Notes: generated from the sequence alone by a model not told the origin. DNA of 64,000 nt from Candidatus Latescibacterota bacterium (GCA_965219455.1 OZ244744.1:5280001-5344000); one strand, 5' to 3'. Positions 30,915-42,672 are shown, counted from the stretch's first letter. Translations and numbers: made by a program.

Positions 30915-32798
30915 ACCTTAAACAAGCGTGACCAGTGAAATTTTTCTGGTCCAAGAGACCGGAAAGGCCTACCGTTGTTGGAGATAGATGGATTGTGCTA
31001 GAAATCATCACTCCAACGCAGGAGACCTTTCCGGTGAAAAGAATATCGGTTGATGACAGCCGCAGGAATCGTGCTCGTCGCAAACGCAAAGTGGCCGCCC
31101 GCCACGGTCGAGCGGGGCATTGGCAGGCCCAGCGCCGGCCCATGTTCAGTCCTGGCAAAGTGCACTACGAGGTAGGCGCCTACACCGACGCGATGAGTTA
31201 CGGAGGCATCGGCGCCGTGCATCGCCTGGTCACCAAGCTGGGTCTGCCCAAGCGCATCGACGCGTCACTGTCCTTGTTGAAGGTGCATCTGCCCTATCAT
31301 GAGTCGGACCACGTACTAAACATCACATACAACGTGTTATGCGGCGGCACGCGCTTGGAGGATATCGAGCGTTTGCGAAGTGACGGGGCCTACATGAATG
31401 CCCTGGGCGCCAAGTTGATTCCCGATCCGACCACGGCGGGTGACTTTTGCCGACGCTTCTCGGAACGGGACATCGTCGAACTGATGGCGTGCATCAACGC
31501 GGTGCGATCCTCCTTGTGGGCATCGCGTGGCCGCAAATTGCTTGGTGACATCACCTATATCGATGTGGACGGCACAAACGTGCCCACGTATGGCAAGCGC
31601 AAGAGGGGTATGGACATCTCTTACCAGGGCATCTGGGGCTACCATCCGCTGGTGATCTCACTTTCCAACACGAAGGAAGTGCTCTTCCTGGTCAACCGAC
31701 CGGGGAATGTGCCCAGCCACACCGGTGCGGCACAGTGGATCGACGCGGCCATCGACCTGGTGCAGCCCCACGCCAAGCGCATCTGTGTGCGTGGCGACAC
31801 CGACTTTTTCTTGACTCGACATCTTGATCGCTGGGCCAAAAGCGTCGACTTCATCTTCGGGATGGACGCCAACGCGGCGATGCGTTCCCGTGCCGAGGCC
31901 CTCGACGAGGCACAATGGCAGCCCCTGCAACGCAAACCCCGTTATCACACCGTGACCGACCAGAAGCGGAAGCGCAATCAGCCCCACGAGAAACAGCGCA
32001 TCGTCCACAAGCGGGCCTACGCCAACCTGGTGCTGAACCACGAACACGTGGCCGAGTTCAACTACCAACCCACGCGCTGTAAACGTGGGTATCGCGTCGT
32101 GGTCCTGCGCAAGAACATCAGCAAAATGAAGGGCGACCTTGTCCTGTTCGACGAATGCCGTTATTTCTTCTATATCACGACACGCACGGACGTGACCCCC
32201 CAAGAGATCGTCGCCTGCGCCAACCAACGCTGCGATCAGGAGAACGTCATCGAGCAACTCAAAAACGGCGTCAACGCCTTGCGCGTGCCCCTGTATGACC
32301 TGGTCAGCAACTGGGCCTATATGGTCATCGCCGCCCTGGCCTGGAACCTCAAATCCTGGTTTGCCATGATGATGCACAGACACCGTGATCGACAGCAGTA
32401 CGTCTGCATGGAATTCCGGCGCTTCATCCACAGCATTATCTTGATTCCCTGCCACGTCATCCAACGCGCGCGCACCACCACGTTACGGCTCATCGGCTAT
32501 CAACCCACCCTCGATCGCCTCTTCAGCACCTGGCGTATCATTGAACGCACCGGATTTGGATAACACCAATGCAGCACCACCGATGACACACAAACGCGGC
32601 GCCATCCCCACACCCCTCAACGGACCGGTGTGTCCACCACGCGTCTCAACGCCACTTCGGATACTCAATTTACCATAGCGACCACGACAAACACGGCCCT
32701 AAAAACCATCCAAAACGCCAATTCCATATAAATCGACACCAACGCCTCAACACAAACACAAATCACTGTGGCGCACACGATACTCGCTTATTTTAGGT
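30915..32798 (+). mobile_element. IS1380-family insertion sequence
   Basis: IRs (CTAG)ACCTTAAACAAGCG / CGCTTATTTTAGGT(CTAG); duplicated CTAG target. Confidence 0.9.
30935..32563 (+). CDS. IS1380-family DDE transposase
   Basis: IPDPTT, DVDGT, GYHPL, RGDTDF, ENVIEQLK. True start may lie downstream (~31033). Confidence 0.9.
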   Translation: MKFFWSKRPERPTVVGDRWIVLEIITPTQETFPVKRISVDDSRRNRARRKRKVAARHGRAGHWQAQRRPMFSPGKVHYEVGAYTDAMSYGGIGAVHRLVTKLGLPKRIDASLSLLKVHLPYHESDHVLNITYNVLCGGTRLEDIERLRSDGAYMNALGAKLIPDPTTAGDFCRRFSERDIVELMACINAVRSSLWASRGRKLLGDITYIDVDGTNVPTYGKRKRGMDISYQGIWGYHPLVISLSNTKEVLFLVNRPGNVPSHTGAAQWIDAAIDLVQPHAKRICVRGDTDFFLTRHLDRWAKSVDFIFGMDANAAMRSRAEALDEAQWQPLQRKPRYHTVTDQKRKRNQPHEKQRIVHKRAYANLVLNHEHVAEFNYQPTRCKRGYRVVVLRKNISKMKGDLVLFDECRYFFYITTRTDVTPQEIVACANQRCDQENVIEQLKNGVNALRVPLYDLVSNWAYMVIAALAWNLKSWFAMMMHRHRDRQQYVCMEFRRFIHSIILIPCHVIQRARTTTLRLIGYQPTLDRLFSTWRIIERTGFG

Positions 32799-35089
32799 CT
32801 AGTGTGTAGTGGAGTTTTCTGAAACCGTCGCCCGCCCCCTGTGTCTTGAATACGCTCTGAGTGATAACAAACCCAAGGCGTCCCTTCTACTTTAGATAGC
32901 TATCGACCGCGGAATATGTGAACAGCATGGAAATGTCTTTCTTGCCCCCACCTAAGCGGCCTTCGGAACCCGACAGCGTGAAAAGACCGTATGTCTGCCA
33001 GAGCGGTTTCATGTCGTCGCGGTACCCTTCGGGCAGATGCTCCCAATTTACCCACGGTGGATTACCAGCCACGTAGTCCACTTTGCCAATGAAGAGAGGG
33101 GCGAAGGCGTTCTTGATGATGCGTGCCCAGATGCCGTTTCTGTTGTCGGCATTAAGCCGTTGGAGGTAGCAATAGAGTTGCTTGTGGAGTCTAGCTTCAG
33201 TCGCGGGTATGGCCTCGGCCTCGCATCGTTCCAGGAATTCTTCGGGCGAGTATCCATTGCCAACGCAAAACTCGAGCGTATCGGCATAGCGACCTAAATG
33301 TATAGGGTTTCCAGTAACTTCAGTCGGAATGTTGAAGTCGCCAGCACTGGTCTTGAGTTGCCGCGCCTTGCCCCAGGCTCCCGTGAATACATCGCCGTAT
33401 TCCGATGGGGTCATGATGGAATCGCACAGATACACCGGCAGTTCGACGTTGGCCGCATGAAGCAATAGCTCGCGAATGGCCATCAGGTAGTTGGTACGGG
33501 CAGCCATGACCGCAAGCGGATTGAGGTCAAAGCCGATGATGTTGCGCAGTATTTTTTGTAACAACTCGTCTTCGCCAAAGCCGCATTCGTGGCGGTGTTC
33601 CTCGTACCACGTCTTGACGCGATTTAGCGCCATTACAAGAAAGGTGCCCGATCCGCAGGCGGGATCAAGAAGCCGCTTGTCCGGGTTGCCATCATAGCCG
33701 AGTTCTTCGAGCACGAGTTCGGCCAGCCAATCGGGAGTGTAGTATTCGCCAAGGTCGTGGCGGACGGATCTGGGGAAGAGTTGCTGGTATAGTTGCTTGA
33801 GCAAGTCGCGTGATTCGGCGGGTTCGACGCTCAGAGTAGTCGGGTCGAATCGGTCGAGTGCTTGCGTCATAGTACGGACGGCGTCTGCGCAATCTTCGTT
33901 CCAGGCGTCGAGATACCAGGAGAAGAGATCGCCTTCGAGAAAGTTGCGAATGCCGATTTGCGACCAGATGCCTCCCTGTTCAAGATTCCGCAATTCGTCC
34001 CGCAGTTTGGCCGAAGTAGGTGCGGAAATGAGTTTTTTGAGGGTTGAGGTCCCAAGTGGCGAAAAGGACGAGACAATTTCGGCGGCCAGAATCTTCATAA
34101 ATATGGCATAGTAAGTATGGACAGCGAAGAGGAGTTCGGCCGGATCAGGGTTGGTCACGTTATAGTGATTGGCCAATTTGTTGACTTTGGCGTTCTAACC
34201 GTGGATGTCGTAACCGCATACCTCGCCGAAGAGAATCTGCCACTGGCGGAAAAATGTGTTAGCCTTCGGGCTCTCGGTTGCGTGGATTGAGGCATGAATG
34301 TGCCGAACGCCATCTTGTGCGCTCTGGCCTTCGGAACCAAAGTAAGCTGCCAAATTTTCGGGCGTTAAGGAAAGTCCTCTTGCGCCTAGCGAGACAATGG
34401 CCCTGAGCAGGCGTTGGACTGTGTACGTCGTGACTGGCTGCGGATCCTCGGTATCGAGCTTGGCACCGCGTTTACGCACAAAGACAATCGTGTCGCCATC
34501 GCAGCCCACGCCAAGGATACGCTCCATACCGACATGCTCTTTTGCCTGAAAGTCCCGGAAACGCTTGTTGAGCTGTTCGACGACGGCCTTTACGCCCGGC
34601 GCGTTCTTGTCTTCTGTAATTCTTCCGGAACCCTTTGGGTCTTTGTATTCGATGACCACACCGCCGTATTTCGAGTCAATACGTCCTCCCGCCAAACCGT
34701 ATTCGTGTTGACCTTTAATGGCCAGCCCCGCTTTCTTGATGAACTCGTCGATAAGCTTATTGCACTCATGCCGAATGTCTTCTTCCGAGTTGGCCCAGAC
34801 AGCAGCACTTCTCATCTGATCGGCCATGATCCTGGCGTGCTCTTCAATTAGCCATTCGAGGTTCGTATTCATTGAGTGTATCGCTTTCTCTGGCGGTTGG
34901 ACTTCCCTAAAGTGTATGCGCGACGGCAGTGTGCCAGCTTGCTTAAACCGCCTCCCGGCCTCGCTATGGCTCGGTCAATACAATCTAAATGGGCTTTCAA
35001 CGAACAGGGAGGACAATCTCGTCGGCAAGGATTGACCTCCCGAAGGTGTTGAAAACGGTGGCAGTACGAGACTGAGAGTTCCACATTGG

Positions 35090-35926
35090 TCAATTCTCAT
35101 TGTATCCATGCTGTCTCGACTGGAGAACATCCTTCCAATGCCCTTCGCGCACTAAAATTAATTCGTCGCTAACTTCCGTTGCCCAATATTCCAAAAGACT
35201 GAATCGAAAATTTCTCTTGGCGTACTCCATTCCGCCATTCTCCTTGAGCAGATTTTTTAGTCCCGCGTTGCCACCATGCCCATCGCCTAATAAGTAGTCG
35301 TTCCATCTTCCCCAAATGCGCCCGTCGCCCGTCGCGGAACCGACGTAATTTTTGCCGTTAGACCTATCTGTGATCGGATAGACCCCCTTCAGATTTTTCA
35401 AAGCGGTTTTCCAATCTGGTTTTTGAATGGTCCATATATGCTCGAGCTCGGAAAACGGGTGGCATATTTTCTCATATCCACAAAATGACTGCCCTGTGTA
35501 GGGTTCGCGCAATATTTCGGCAACAATCAACTTGCAATAGTGGTTTTCGAAGTTCACTCTCGTTGCTCGCTCGCGATACGACGACGATAGTTTAAGACGC
35601 CCAACGAAGGCAGCCCCTTGTTCCGTGAGTTCAACACTAAAACGCTTTGAGTTGTCTCGTTCAACGACACCTAAGACCTCGAACACGCCACCAAATAGCC
35701 ATGTATCGGTTTGATGGTAGAAGTCCATAAGTGAGAAGATGTAACGTCGGTTGAAATCATTCCTTCTTGGCCAGTACTGTTGCCACCCAACCCAGTTTCT
35801 TCTATCCTCTGCAAAGGCCTGAAGGGGCTGCTTGTCACCATTCCATCGCGCGAAGTGCACTTTGTATTCGCAGAAATTTTCGTTCGGCCAGATATGTTTC
35901 AGCATTATCGGTGTTTTGTTCTCCAT
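35090..35926 (-). CDS. GIY-YIG nuclease family protein
   Basis: KGVYPITD..NGKNYVGSA...GRW..Y, FSLLE, REGHWK. Confidence 0.8.
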   Translation of the reverse strand: MENKTPIMLKHIWPNENFCEYKVHFARWNGDKQPLQAFAEDRRNWVGWQQYWPRRNDFNRRYIFSLMDFYHQTDTWLFGGVFEVLGVVERDNSKRFSVELTEQGAAFVGRLKLSSSYRERATRVNFENHYCKLIVAEILREPYTGQSFCGYEKICHPFSELEHIWTIQKPDWKTALKNLKGVYPITDRSNGKNYVGSATGDGRIWGRWNDYLLGDGHGGNAGLKNLLKENGGMEYAKRNFRFSLLEYWATEVSDELILVREGHWKDVLQSRQHGYNEN

Positions 35927-36028
35927 GTGGCTCTCCCCGTGGGATGACACAAATTCCTATTTTATATAGGTCAGTCACTTTGCTCTGGACATGACCTTGA
36001 CATCGGAATCGAGATTGAATATAACTCA

Positions 36029-37077
36029 TCACGGACCGTCCACGGTCACTTCCGCCACTCCGATTCGACGTAGTCGAGCTGCCTTAGGGTTTGGCTTGGG
36101 TTTGCCCTCCTTCGGCTTATGGGCGGCACACTATATATCTTTAGTGCGGAGATCTGTTTTAACGGCATAAAGGGCATTCTCAGCTTTCTCTGCCCGCTGC
36201 AAGTATAGGGCCCTGAATGCCGTCGGTCAACGACTGACATTGCACGGCTGACTCATTATCATACGACATCTTCGATGTTATCAGCGGGCTTGTATCCTTC
36301 TCTGGACCGTATGATTCTTTGGATCTCATCCACACAGGAATTCTTGAGATCCAGGATGGGCTGCCGTTGATATGGTTCAGTGTCGATTTCCCGACATTTG
36401 AGCTATCGCGGAAATCGTAACTCCTTGATGGAGTGTTCCGAATTTCGTTTGTTGGTGAGTGATAACCTACAAGGTGGGTTCGGTCAAGAGCCACTGCGGG
36501 ATGCAGGCGGAAATCAGATCACGCCGAAAGCGTTTGGGTGACCTGCTATGGCATTTTGTGGCATGTTTCGTCAAGTGTGGCGCGTTGCAGTTGGAAGTGG
36601 ACATATAGCAATGAGAATCGCGTTTACGCAGACGCTTCAAATTGTTTCGTGAAGGTATTCCGACAAGTCACCAATGATGACGATATTCTCGTCATTATGA
36701 CTGATTCGCCGACCTGCGTGTTCCTTTGGCACGCAGGCAGCCAGGTCACGGCGAGGCCGTTCCGCAGTTACTGATGCATCTCGATATTCTGGCCTGCTAC
36801 AGCAGGCCTCGCGTATCCGACGAGAACCGGTAATCTGAGAACAAATTCGAGCCGCTCAGATACACGCCGCTGCAACCAGCGCGCTTCCAGGGTATCCAGT
36901 ACGCCCGACACAGTGCATAATGGGCTGACACATCAGTTTCAGGTCGCCAGACAACGGACGCTCGACCCTGACTATCACACTCACCCTGGATGATTTGTCG
37001 ATGGAAAACCTCAACCTCCACGCATTCCCGACGAATTGTGGATTATCCGACCTCGGAGCACCAACCAATGACACCAT
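36029..37077 (-). pseudogene. Decayed unidentified coding remnant(s)
   Basis: Protein-like stretches on the minus strand broken by stops and frameshifts; no recognisable family. Confidence 0.3.
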
Positions 37078-37145
37078 CAGTTAATTCAGTAAATTCCCAC
37101 GAGAGTTGCGATATTTTTATTGACACGTTCCGCCAGTTTCTTGTC

Positions 37146-37862
37146 TCACTTTGATATTGGCAAGTAGTGTGTTGCAAGAGTTGTGTGATCAATCGCAATT
37201 GAGAAAAACACAACGGTGGCAATTAGTGGATATGCCAATACTCCCAGTATCAGAAGTGCAAAAAACGAGCGCCATTTACTCAAATCATTCAACCGTCTAT
37301 AGGCACCCCAAGCCACGAAGCACCATATCGAGACAGCGGCGAAACCAACCAATTGGATAAACAGATAAACCTTAGACACCCAGATATCCGCGTTCGTTGA
37401 ATCGGATATACCCGCCTGTAGTCCAGAGATAATCATTGTATATAAACAAGGTGCGAGTAATTTTAGAAACCCAGTCCCAAGAACTTCAAAGAAGACCAAT
37501 ACAACGCACGATACGCCAAAGAAATATGCGTACGTCACGAAAAAACTACGGACGTCCGCTCGCCCGCCAACCAGACGCCATGCTATACGAAGAGCGATCG
37601 CATATAGAAAAACCGAAAGCAAGCTTGTAACGCCAGTCGCGGCAGCGTGGACCCATAAACTTTTCCCAGCAGGAAGGAGCGGCGCGTGCATAATTGTCAC
37701 CAGCACTAATGAGAATCCCAAGAATGCAAGCGAGCGGGCGAAGGCAGTTTGTTTAGTGGTGTTTTGGCGAGCCATGAATCGTTTGGGACCCGACAGAAGA
37801 GAGCCGAAGTCCCTAATGTACCGAGGTATGTACCTCACAACTGTCCAATTTAGATTTCCCAT
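37146..37862 (-). CDS. Membrane protein, YIP1-like
   Basis: LLSGPKRF motif followed by ~5 hydrophobic helices. Confidence 0.6.
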   Translation of the reverse strand: MGNLNWTVVRYIPRYIRDFGSLLSGPKRFMARQNTTKQTAFARSLAFLGFSLVLVTIMHAPLLPAGKSLWVHAAATGVTSLLSVFLYAIALRIAWRLVGGRADVRSFFVTYAYFFGVSCVVLVFFEVLGTGFLKLLAPCLYTMIISGLQAGISDSTNADIWVSKVYLFIQLVGFAAVSIWCFVAWGAYRRLNDLSKWRSFFALLILGVLAYPLIATVVFFSIAIDHTTLATHYLPISK

Positions 37863-38553
37863 ATTCTACCCTTTTTTTTGTGATTGTCACTGCGTAAGTC
37901 AGTAAGGACAAAGACCATATAAGAATAGAACCGTCCAATGTGTTGGAAGTGGACCCCATGGTCAAGACCAATTAGAGGCGAATTTAAGGTGGATTGAATT
38001 TCTGTTCTGGAGAGGGCTCTCCATTCTGAAGTAAAGATCAGCGTGTAGCCGACTGCACACGGGGTAGTGCGTGCATTCCTCGTTGTAGAAGACGAGGTAG
38101 TCGGACCGTTCCCTCTCGTCTGCCGGATTACATCGGTCTGGTGACACTGGATGGGCGCGGTTAGACTTCATTATGTAGACGATCCTCACCGCGTCAACCC
38201 GGGATACGCATTCGGTTTTCACAATGTCCTCCTTTCGACAATCGTCTGAGAGTCCGCCTTGGACGGCGGCGCGTGGTCCGTTCATTGAGCAAGGACGGCC
38301 GCGAAGCGTTCGTGGGCTCAGGACGATTCCCGAGCAGGCCGCATTTGTGACCGCCGCGAACGGCGAAACGCAAGAACCGGTCAGAATCCAGTGGCGGTAG
38401 CGGGGGAGTTTGGTACGACACGAGATCGAGCAAAGGGTCTACTCCGAGCAATGCGGAAGGCTGCCCTGATTTGCATTACGACAAGCGTCCTTATCGTGCT
38501 TAAGAAGACACCGAAAGAAATCCCTAAACCCATCTTCCTGCTCATCCCACGAT

Positions 38554-39001
38554 CCTGAAAATCAGCAGAGGCTGGGGTTCCGTTCGTCCTGAAAACAAGC
38601 TCGACGAGCTTGCCCTCGCCGCTGGCGCCCTGGCCATCCACTTTCACGGCGCCAATTTCCAGTTGGCCCGGCGTCCGGCTTGAAGACAGGAACAGCGTTT
38701 GCTGTCCGGGAACTGCGTTGAGCAGATTGCCCTCCAACTCCCTGGCTTCCAGGAACGCATACTTCACGGGATCGAATTGAAGCGAAAATCCGTATCCTTT
38801 GAGGTTTTTCGTCTCTGACAACGAGACGTGGAGCTTGAGCACGCCGCTCTCGGCCGCCGGGTCGTTTACGCGCTCGAGGGTGAGCGTTGCGAAGGCGTTC
38901 TGCCCTCCGGTAATCGTCAAACCGCGCGTAAGTTCGCCGGCCGATGCAGCGGCGACCGTTGACAAGACCGCGCACATGGATACGACAAGCCGTTTCAACA
39001 T
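38554..39001 (-). pseudogene. 3'-truncated secreted cohesin-domain protein (FlgD-Ig tail lost)
   Basis: Near-identical to 43035-43482 up to SADFQ, then fused to unrelated repeat sequence. Confidence 0.8.
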
Positions 39002-39181
39002 ATCATCCTCCCTGCGATAAAGTGGACGTGGGCGACAAGGGATGTCGGAGATGAATTCACAGTAAACCGCGTCTTGGTTTACAACTGGCGCCTCGCTATT
39101 TCCAAGACGTGTCGAACGTGAACGTCTTTACAGAAGCGCTGGAGAGGGTGGTCCGTGTAATGGAAATCGCCTGGGTAACGC

Positions 39182-42100
39182 CTATTGTGAACAATTCGGG
39201 CCACCGGTCTCCCTGATCCCCTGCAACCACGTCTGAAAGTCCGAATCGAGCGGCGCACACAGGCCTCCTTCCCCTCCGAAGTGAAATACCTCCAGCTTTG
39301 CAAGCGCCGTCAGGCTTTGAGGAAGCGCACCACTCAGCTGATTGAGGCTAAGCCATAGTTGAGTAAGGTTGGCCAGGTTGCCCAATTCCGAAGGTACCAT
39401 ACCGCTTAACCGATTGCCTGCAAGACTCAGTTCCTCCGTCAGGCTGGTCAGATTGCCCAATTCCGATGGAATCACGCCACTCAATTGATTTCCGCCAAGA
39501 TCTAGGTAAGTGAGACTGGTCAAATTGCCCAATTCTGTCGGGATCACTCCACTCAACCTATTGCTGTCGAGACCCAGAAACTCCAGGTTTGAGAGGTTCC
39601 CCAATTCTACGGGTATCGAACCCCTCAACTCGTTTCCGCTCAGATCCAACTCACTAAGATTGGACAGGTTCCCCAATTTAGCAGGAATCGTGCCACTCAA
39701 CTCATTGAAGTCCAGAGTCAGCTCCTTAAGGTCGGACAGGTTACCGAATTTCTCTGGAATACCACCACTCAGCTGATTGCCGCCAAGCCTCAAGCTCCTG
39801 AGGTCGGTGAGGTCTCCCAGTTCCGGGGGAACCTGACCGCTCAATGCATTGCCGCCAAGCTGCAGCTCCGTAAGATTGGTCAGGTCGCTCAGTTCCACGG
39901 GAATCGTTCCGCTCAACTGATTGGAGGGAAGATGCAGAACTTCAAGCTTGGTCAAATTGCCCAGTTCAGCCGGAAGCTCACCCGTCAAGTTATGGTTTCT
40001 CAGGTCAAGGTCTGTAACCCAACCGTTAGAAACGCCAACGCCATGCCAAGTGGAAATGTCATTGTCTGACAGCCAGTTGGTGTTGTTCGTCCAATTGTCT
40101 CCATCCGTCGCATTGTACAGCGCCACCAACGCCTCGCGCTGGGACTCCAGGGCGCAGGTCGGGCCGTTGGACTCTTTGATGCCCCGCAGCCATCGTTGAA
40201 AGGCTTCATCAGCCGGCGCGCACAAACCTGTGCCCTCAAAGAGGAATTTCTCCAGATTTGTCAGCCCTGTCAGGCTTTGAGGCAGCGTGCCCGCTAACGA
40301 CGCGCTGTACTGGAACTCCAATATCCTGAGGTTCGTCAGGTTACCCAGTTCCACGGGAATCGCACCGTTCAGCTGTGTACTCCAGAGTTTCAGTTCTGTG
40401 AGTTTGGACAAGCTCCCCAGTTCCACGGGAATGGCGCCACTCAACGGATTGCCGCCAAGTACCAGTACGCTGAGGCTGTCCAGGCCGCCCAGTTCCACAG
40501 GGATCGGACCGGTCAATTGATTGTCGTAAAGACCCAGCCGTGTGAGGTTGGATAAGCTGCTTAATTCCACGGGAATCGAACCGGTCAACTGATTGTCGCC
40601 AAGATTCAGGAAAGTGAGGTTGGATAAGCTGCTTAATTCCACGGGAATCGAACCACTCAACTGATTCCCAATTAGATACAGCAGTTCCAGGTTTTCCAGG
40701 TTGCTCAATTCGGATGGAATTGGTCCACCCAACTGATTCCCAATTAGATACATCCGTTCCAGGTTGGACAGGTTGCCCAATTCGGATGGAATTGGGCCAC
40801 TCAACTGGTTACCGTGAAGATACAGCTGCTCCAGGTTTTCCAGGTTACCCAATTCGGGTGGAATTGGGCCACTCAACTGATTCCCAATTAGATACATCCG
40901 TTCCAGGTTGGACAGGTTGCCCAATTCGGGTGGAATTGGACCGCTCAATTGCGTCTGGCTAAGAGTCAGATGCTCCAGGTTGGCCAGGTTGGACACTACG
41001 GACGGTATCGAGCCGCTAAACCCTTTTCCACCAAGTGAAAGGCGCTTCAACTTGGTCAGGTTGAACAATTCGGATGGTAGCGAGCCAACCGATTGAATCC
41101 CCGAGAGTATCAAAGTCTCCAGATTGATCAGGTTGAACAATTCGGATGGTATCGGGCCAACCAACTGTTCCGAGCTAAGAAACAGCGTCTCCAGGTTGGT
41201 CAGGTTGCCCAATTCCGGGGGTATCACGCCACTTAACTGATTCTGATCGAGGCTAAGATAAATCAGGTTGGATAGTTTGGCCAACTCGACGGGAATCGGC
41301 CCGCTCAACCCATTCCAGGCGAGGTTGAGAATCGTAAGGGAAGACAGATTACCCAGCTCCACGGGTATCGGCCCCGTCAACGCATTACCGTTGAGTTTCA
41401 GGCTGTCGAGGCTTGCCAGGCTGCTCAACTCCGGAGGGATCGGGCCGGTGAGATTGTTCCGGGACAGGCTCAAGCCCGTGACGCGACCGTTCCCCACTGT
41501 TACGCCGTGCCACGTATCGAGCGGGTTGTCCGTCAGCCAGTTGGTCTGGATCGTCCAGTTGTCCCCGCCGGTTGCGTTGTAAAGCGCCACCAGCACGTCG
41601 CGGTCCGGCGCCGTGGGGGTAGGCGGCGCCACTTCTTGTCCATATAGCCCCGCAAACGCCAGAAAATCCGAAAATCCTACGGCCCCGTCTCCGTCCAGGT
41701 CAAATCGCGCGTCGTAAGTCCCATCACCCTCTTGCGACCCATAGTTGCCCGCGAATTGCACAAAGTCAGTAAACCCAACCGTACCATCGCCGTCGAAATC
41801 CGGCGAAGGACCGGCCGGAAGGGGTCGCAGAACGACATTGATATTCGGCATCAAGGTTTCCTGTTGGCCGCCCCTGCCCAGCGTGGCTTCCACGAAACGG
41901 ATCGTCGTGCCCGTGAACGTGGCTGACGTGCGAAACCGGACCGTGCCGACGAGACCAGCCGTCGCTGCAGCCCGGCCGCCCATCGACGCGACGCCCAGGG
42001 TGACTGACGTCGGGTTCGTCCCGGTCTCCACAAGCACCTGGGCATTGGGAAACAGGTCGCCCGGGTCGGTACCGTCGTAGACGACCTGACCCGCATCGTA

Positions 42101-42370
42101 TACCAAACGAATGGACACGCCCTGCGCCTGGCTCACGTCGCTCGCGTAAACCTGGATGGAAACCGTCGCGTCAGGGGATACCTCCACTGTCATGACCCCC
42201 TGGTCGCCGGCGGCGCCATCCACGTCCGCGGACAGTGAAAAACTGTCCTGTGAAGAAAGAGGCAGCGGGCTAAGCAAAAGGACGATCGACAGGATTGTAA
42301 ACATCGACGTCCGCGCCGCGCCAGGGCGATGGGGCGGCCAACCGGTCAGATGAATTAGTGGTTTGCGCAT
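39182..42370 (-). CDS. Secreted cohesin + EF-hand/dockerin-like + plant-type LRR protein (17+10 repeats)
   Basis: AAGGAG RBS, signal peptide, twin DFDGDG/DLDGDG motifs, two capped 24-aa LxxLxxLxLxxNxLSGxIPxELG arrays. Confidence 0.9.
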   Translation of the reverse strand: MRKPLIHLTGWPPHRPGAARTSMFTILSIVLLLSPLPLSSQDSFSLSADVDGAAGDQGVMTVEVSPDATVSIQVYASDVSQAQGVSIRLVYDAGQVVYDGTDPGDLFPNAQVLVETGTNPTSVTLGVASMGGRAAATAGLVGTVRFRTSATFTGTTIRFVEATLGRGGQQETLMPNINVVLRPLPAGPSPDFDGDGTVGFTDFVQFAGNYGSQEGDGTYDARFDLDGDGAVGFSDFLAFAGLYGQEVAPPTPTAPDRDVLVALYNATGGDNWTIQTNWLTDNPLDTWHGVTVGNGRVTGLSLSRNNLTGPIPPELSSLASLDSLKLNGNALTGPIPVELGNLSSLTILNLAWNGLSGPIPVELAKLSNLIYLSLDQNQLSGVIPPELGNLTNLETLFLSSEQLVGPIPSELFNLINLETLILSGIQSVGSLPSELFNLTKLKRLSLGGKGFSGSIPSVVSNLANLEHLTLSQTQLSGPIPPELGNLSNLERMYLIGNQLSGPIPPELGNLENLEQLYLHGNQLSGPIPSELGNLSNLERMYLIGNQLGGPIPSELSNLENLELLYLIGNQLSGSIPVELSSLSNLTFLNLGDNQLTGSIPVELSSLSNLTRLGLYDNQLTGPIPVELGGLDSLSVLVLGGNPLSGAIPVELGSLSKLTELKLWSTQLNGAIPVELGNLTNLRILEFQYSASLAGTLPQSLTGLTNLEKFLFEGTGLCAPADEAFQRWLRGIKESNGPTCALESQREALVALYNATDGDNWTNNTNWLSDNDISTWHGVGVSNGWVTDLDLRNHNLTGELPAELGNLTKLEVLHLPSNQLSGTIPVELSDLTNLTELQLGGNALSGQVPPELGDLTDLRSLRLGGNQLSGGIPEKFGNLSDLKELTLDFNELSGTIPAKLGNLSNLSELDLSGNELRGSIPVELGNLSNLEFLGLDSNRLSGVIPTELGNLTSLTYLDLGGNQLSGVIPSELGNLTSLTEELSLAGNRLSGMVPSELGNLANLTQLWLSLNQLSGALPQSLTALAKLEVFHFGGEGGLCAPLDSDFQTWLQGIRETGGPNCSQ

Positions 42371-42672
42371 GATATCTCTCCTTTGTTGCATTTCGCTACA
42401 TATCGTTGCGTTTTGCAACAGTTGTTCCGTCGAGGGTTGTTGTCATTAAAGTCCACGGCGTTACCTTCCGGGAGTCACGGCCGCGGGCACCGGGCGGCGG
42501 CAGTGTTTCGGAGCGAGCAAATGGCACCGGTTCCGGCAAGACCGCGGCCACGGCAGAAGGCAGAAGGACACGTTGCCCCGCCGCTTCCCGCTTGTTGGCA
42601 GGTCAGGCAGCAACAAGGACCTCGACCAGGGGTGTCCGGTACAGCGGTTCGAGGGTAATTATCGGTCCGCGC

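Larger units (their letters stand above)
29721..34872 (-). pseudogene. Type IIG/Eco57I-like fused restriction endonuclease-N6 methyltransferase, interrupted
   Basis: GRIDSKYGGVVIEYK nuclease motif, LLDPACGSGTF, AGNPPW and a TRD-like C-terminus. In-frame TAG at 34195-97 and 32887-89, plus an IS1380 whose removal restores the frame (~1090 codons). Confidence 0.85.

Noticed and set aside
32887-34197. Genome-wide TAG reassignment
   Set aside because: Ordinary genes here end in TAG (e.g. at 3196, 5654, 13546), and neighbouring island genes show other kinds of decay.
29500-38400. Integron cassette array
   Set aside because: Genes are co-oriented and AT-richer, but I found no repeated attC-like sites and no integrase.
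38381-38553. C-terminal extension of the 206-aa ORF
   Set aside because: Read-through into a non-coding repeat after a deletion junction.
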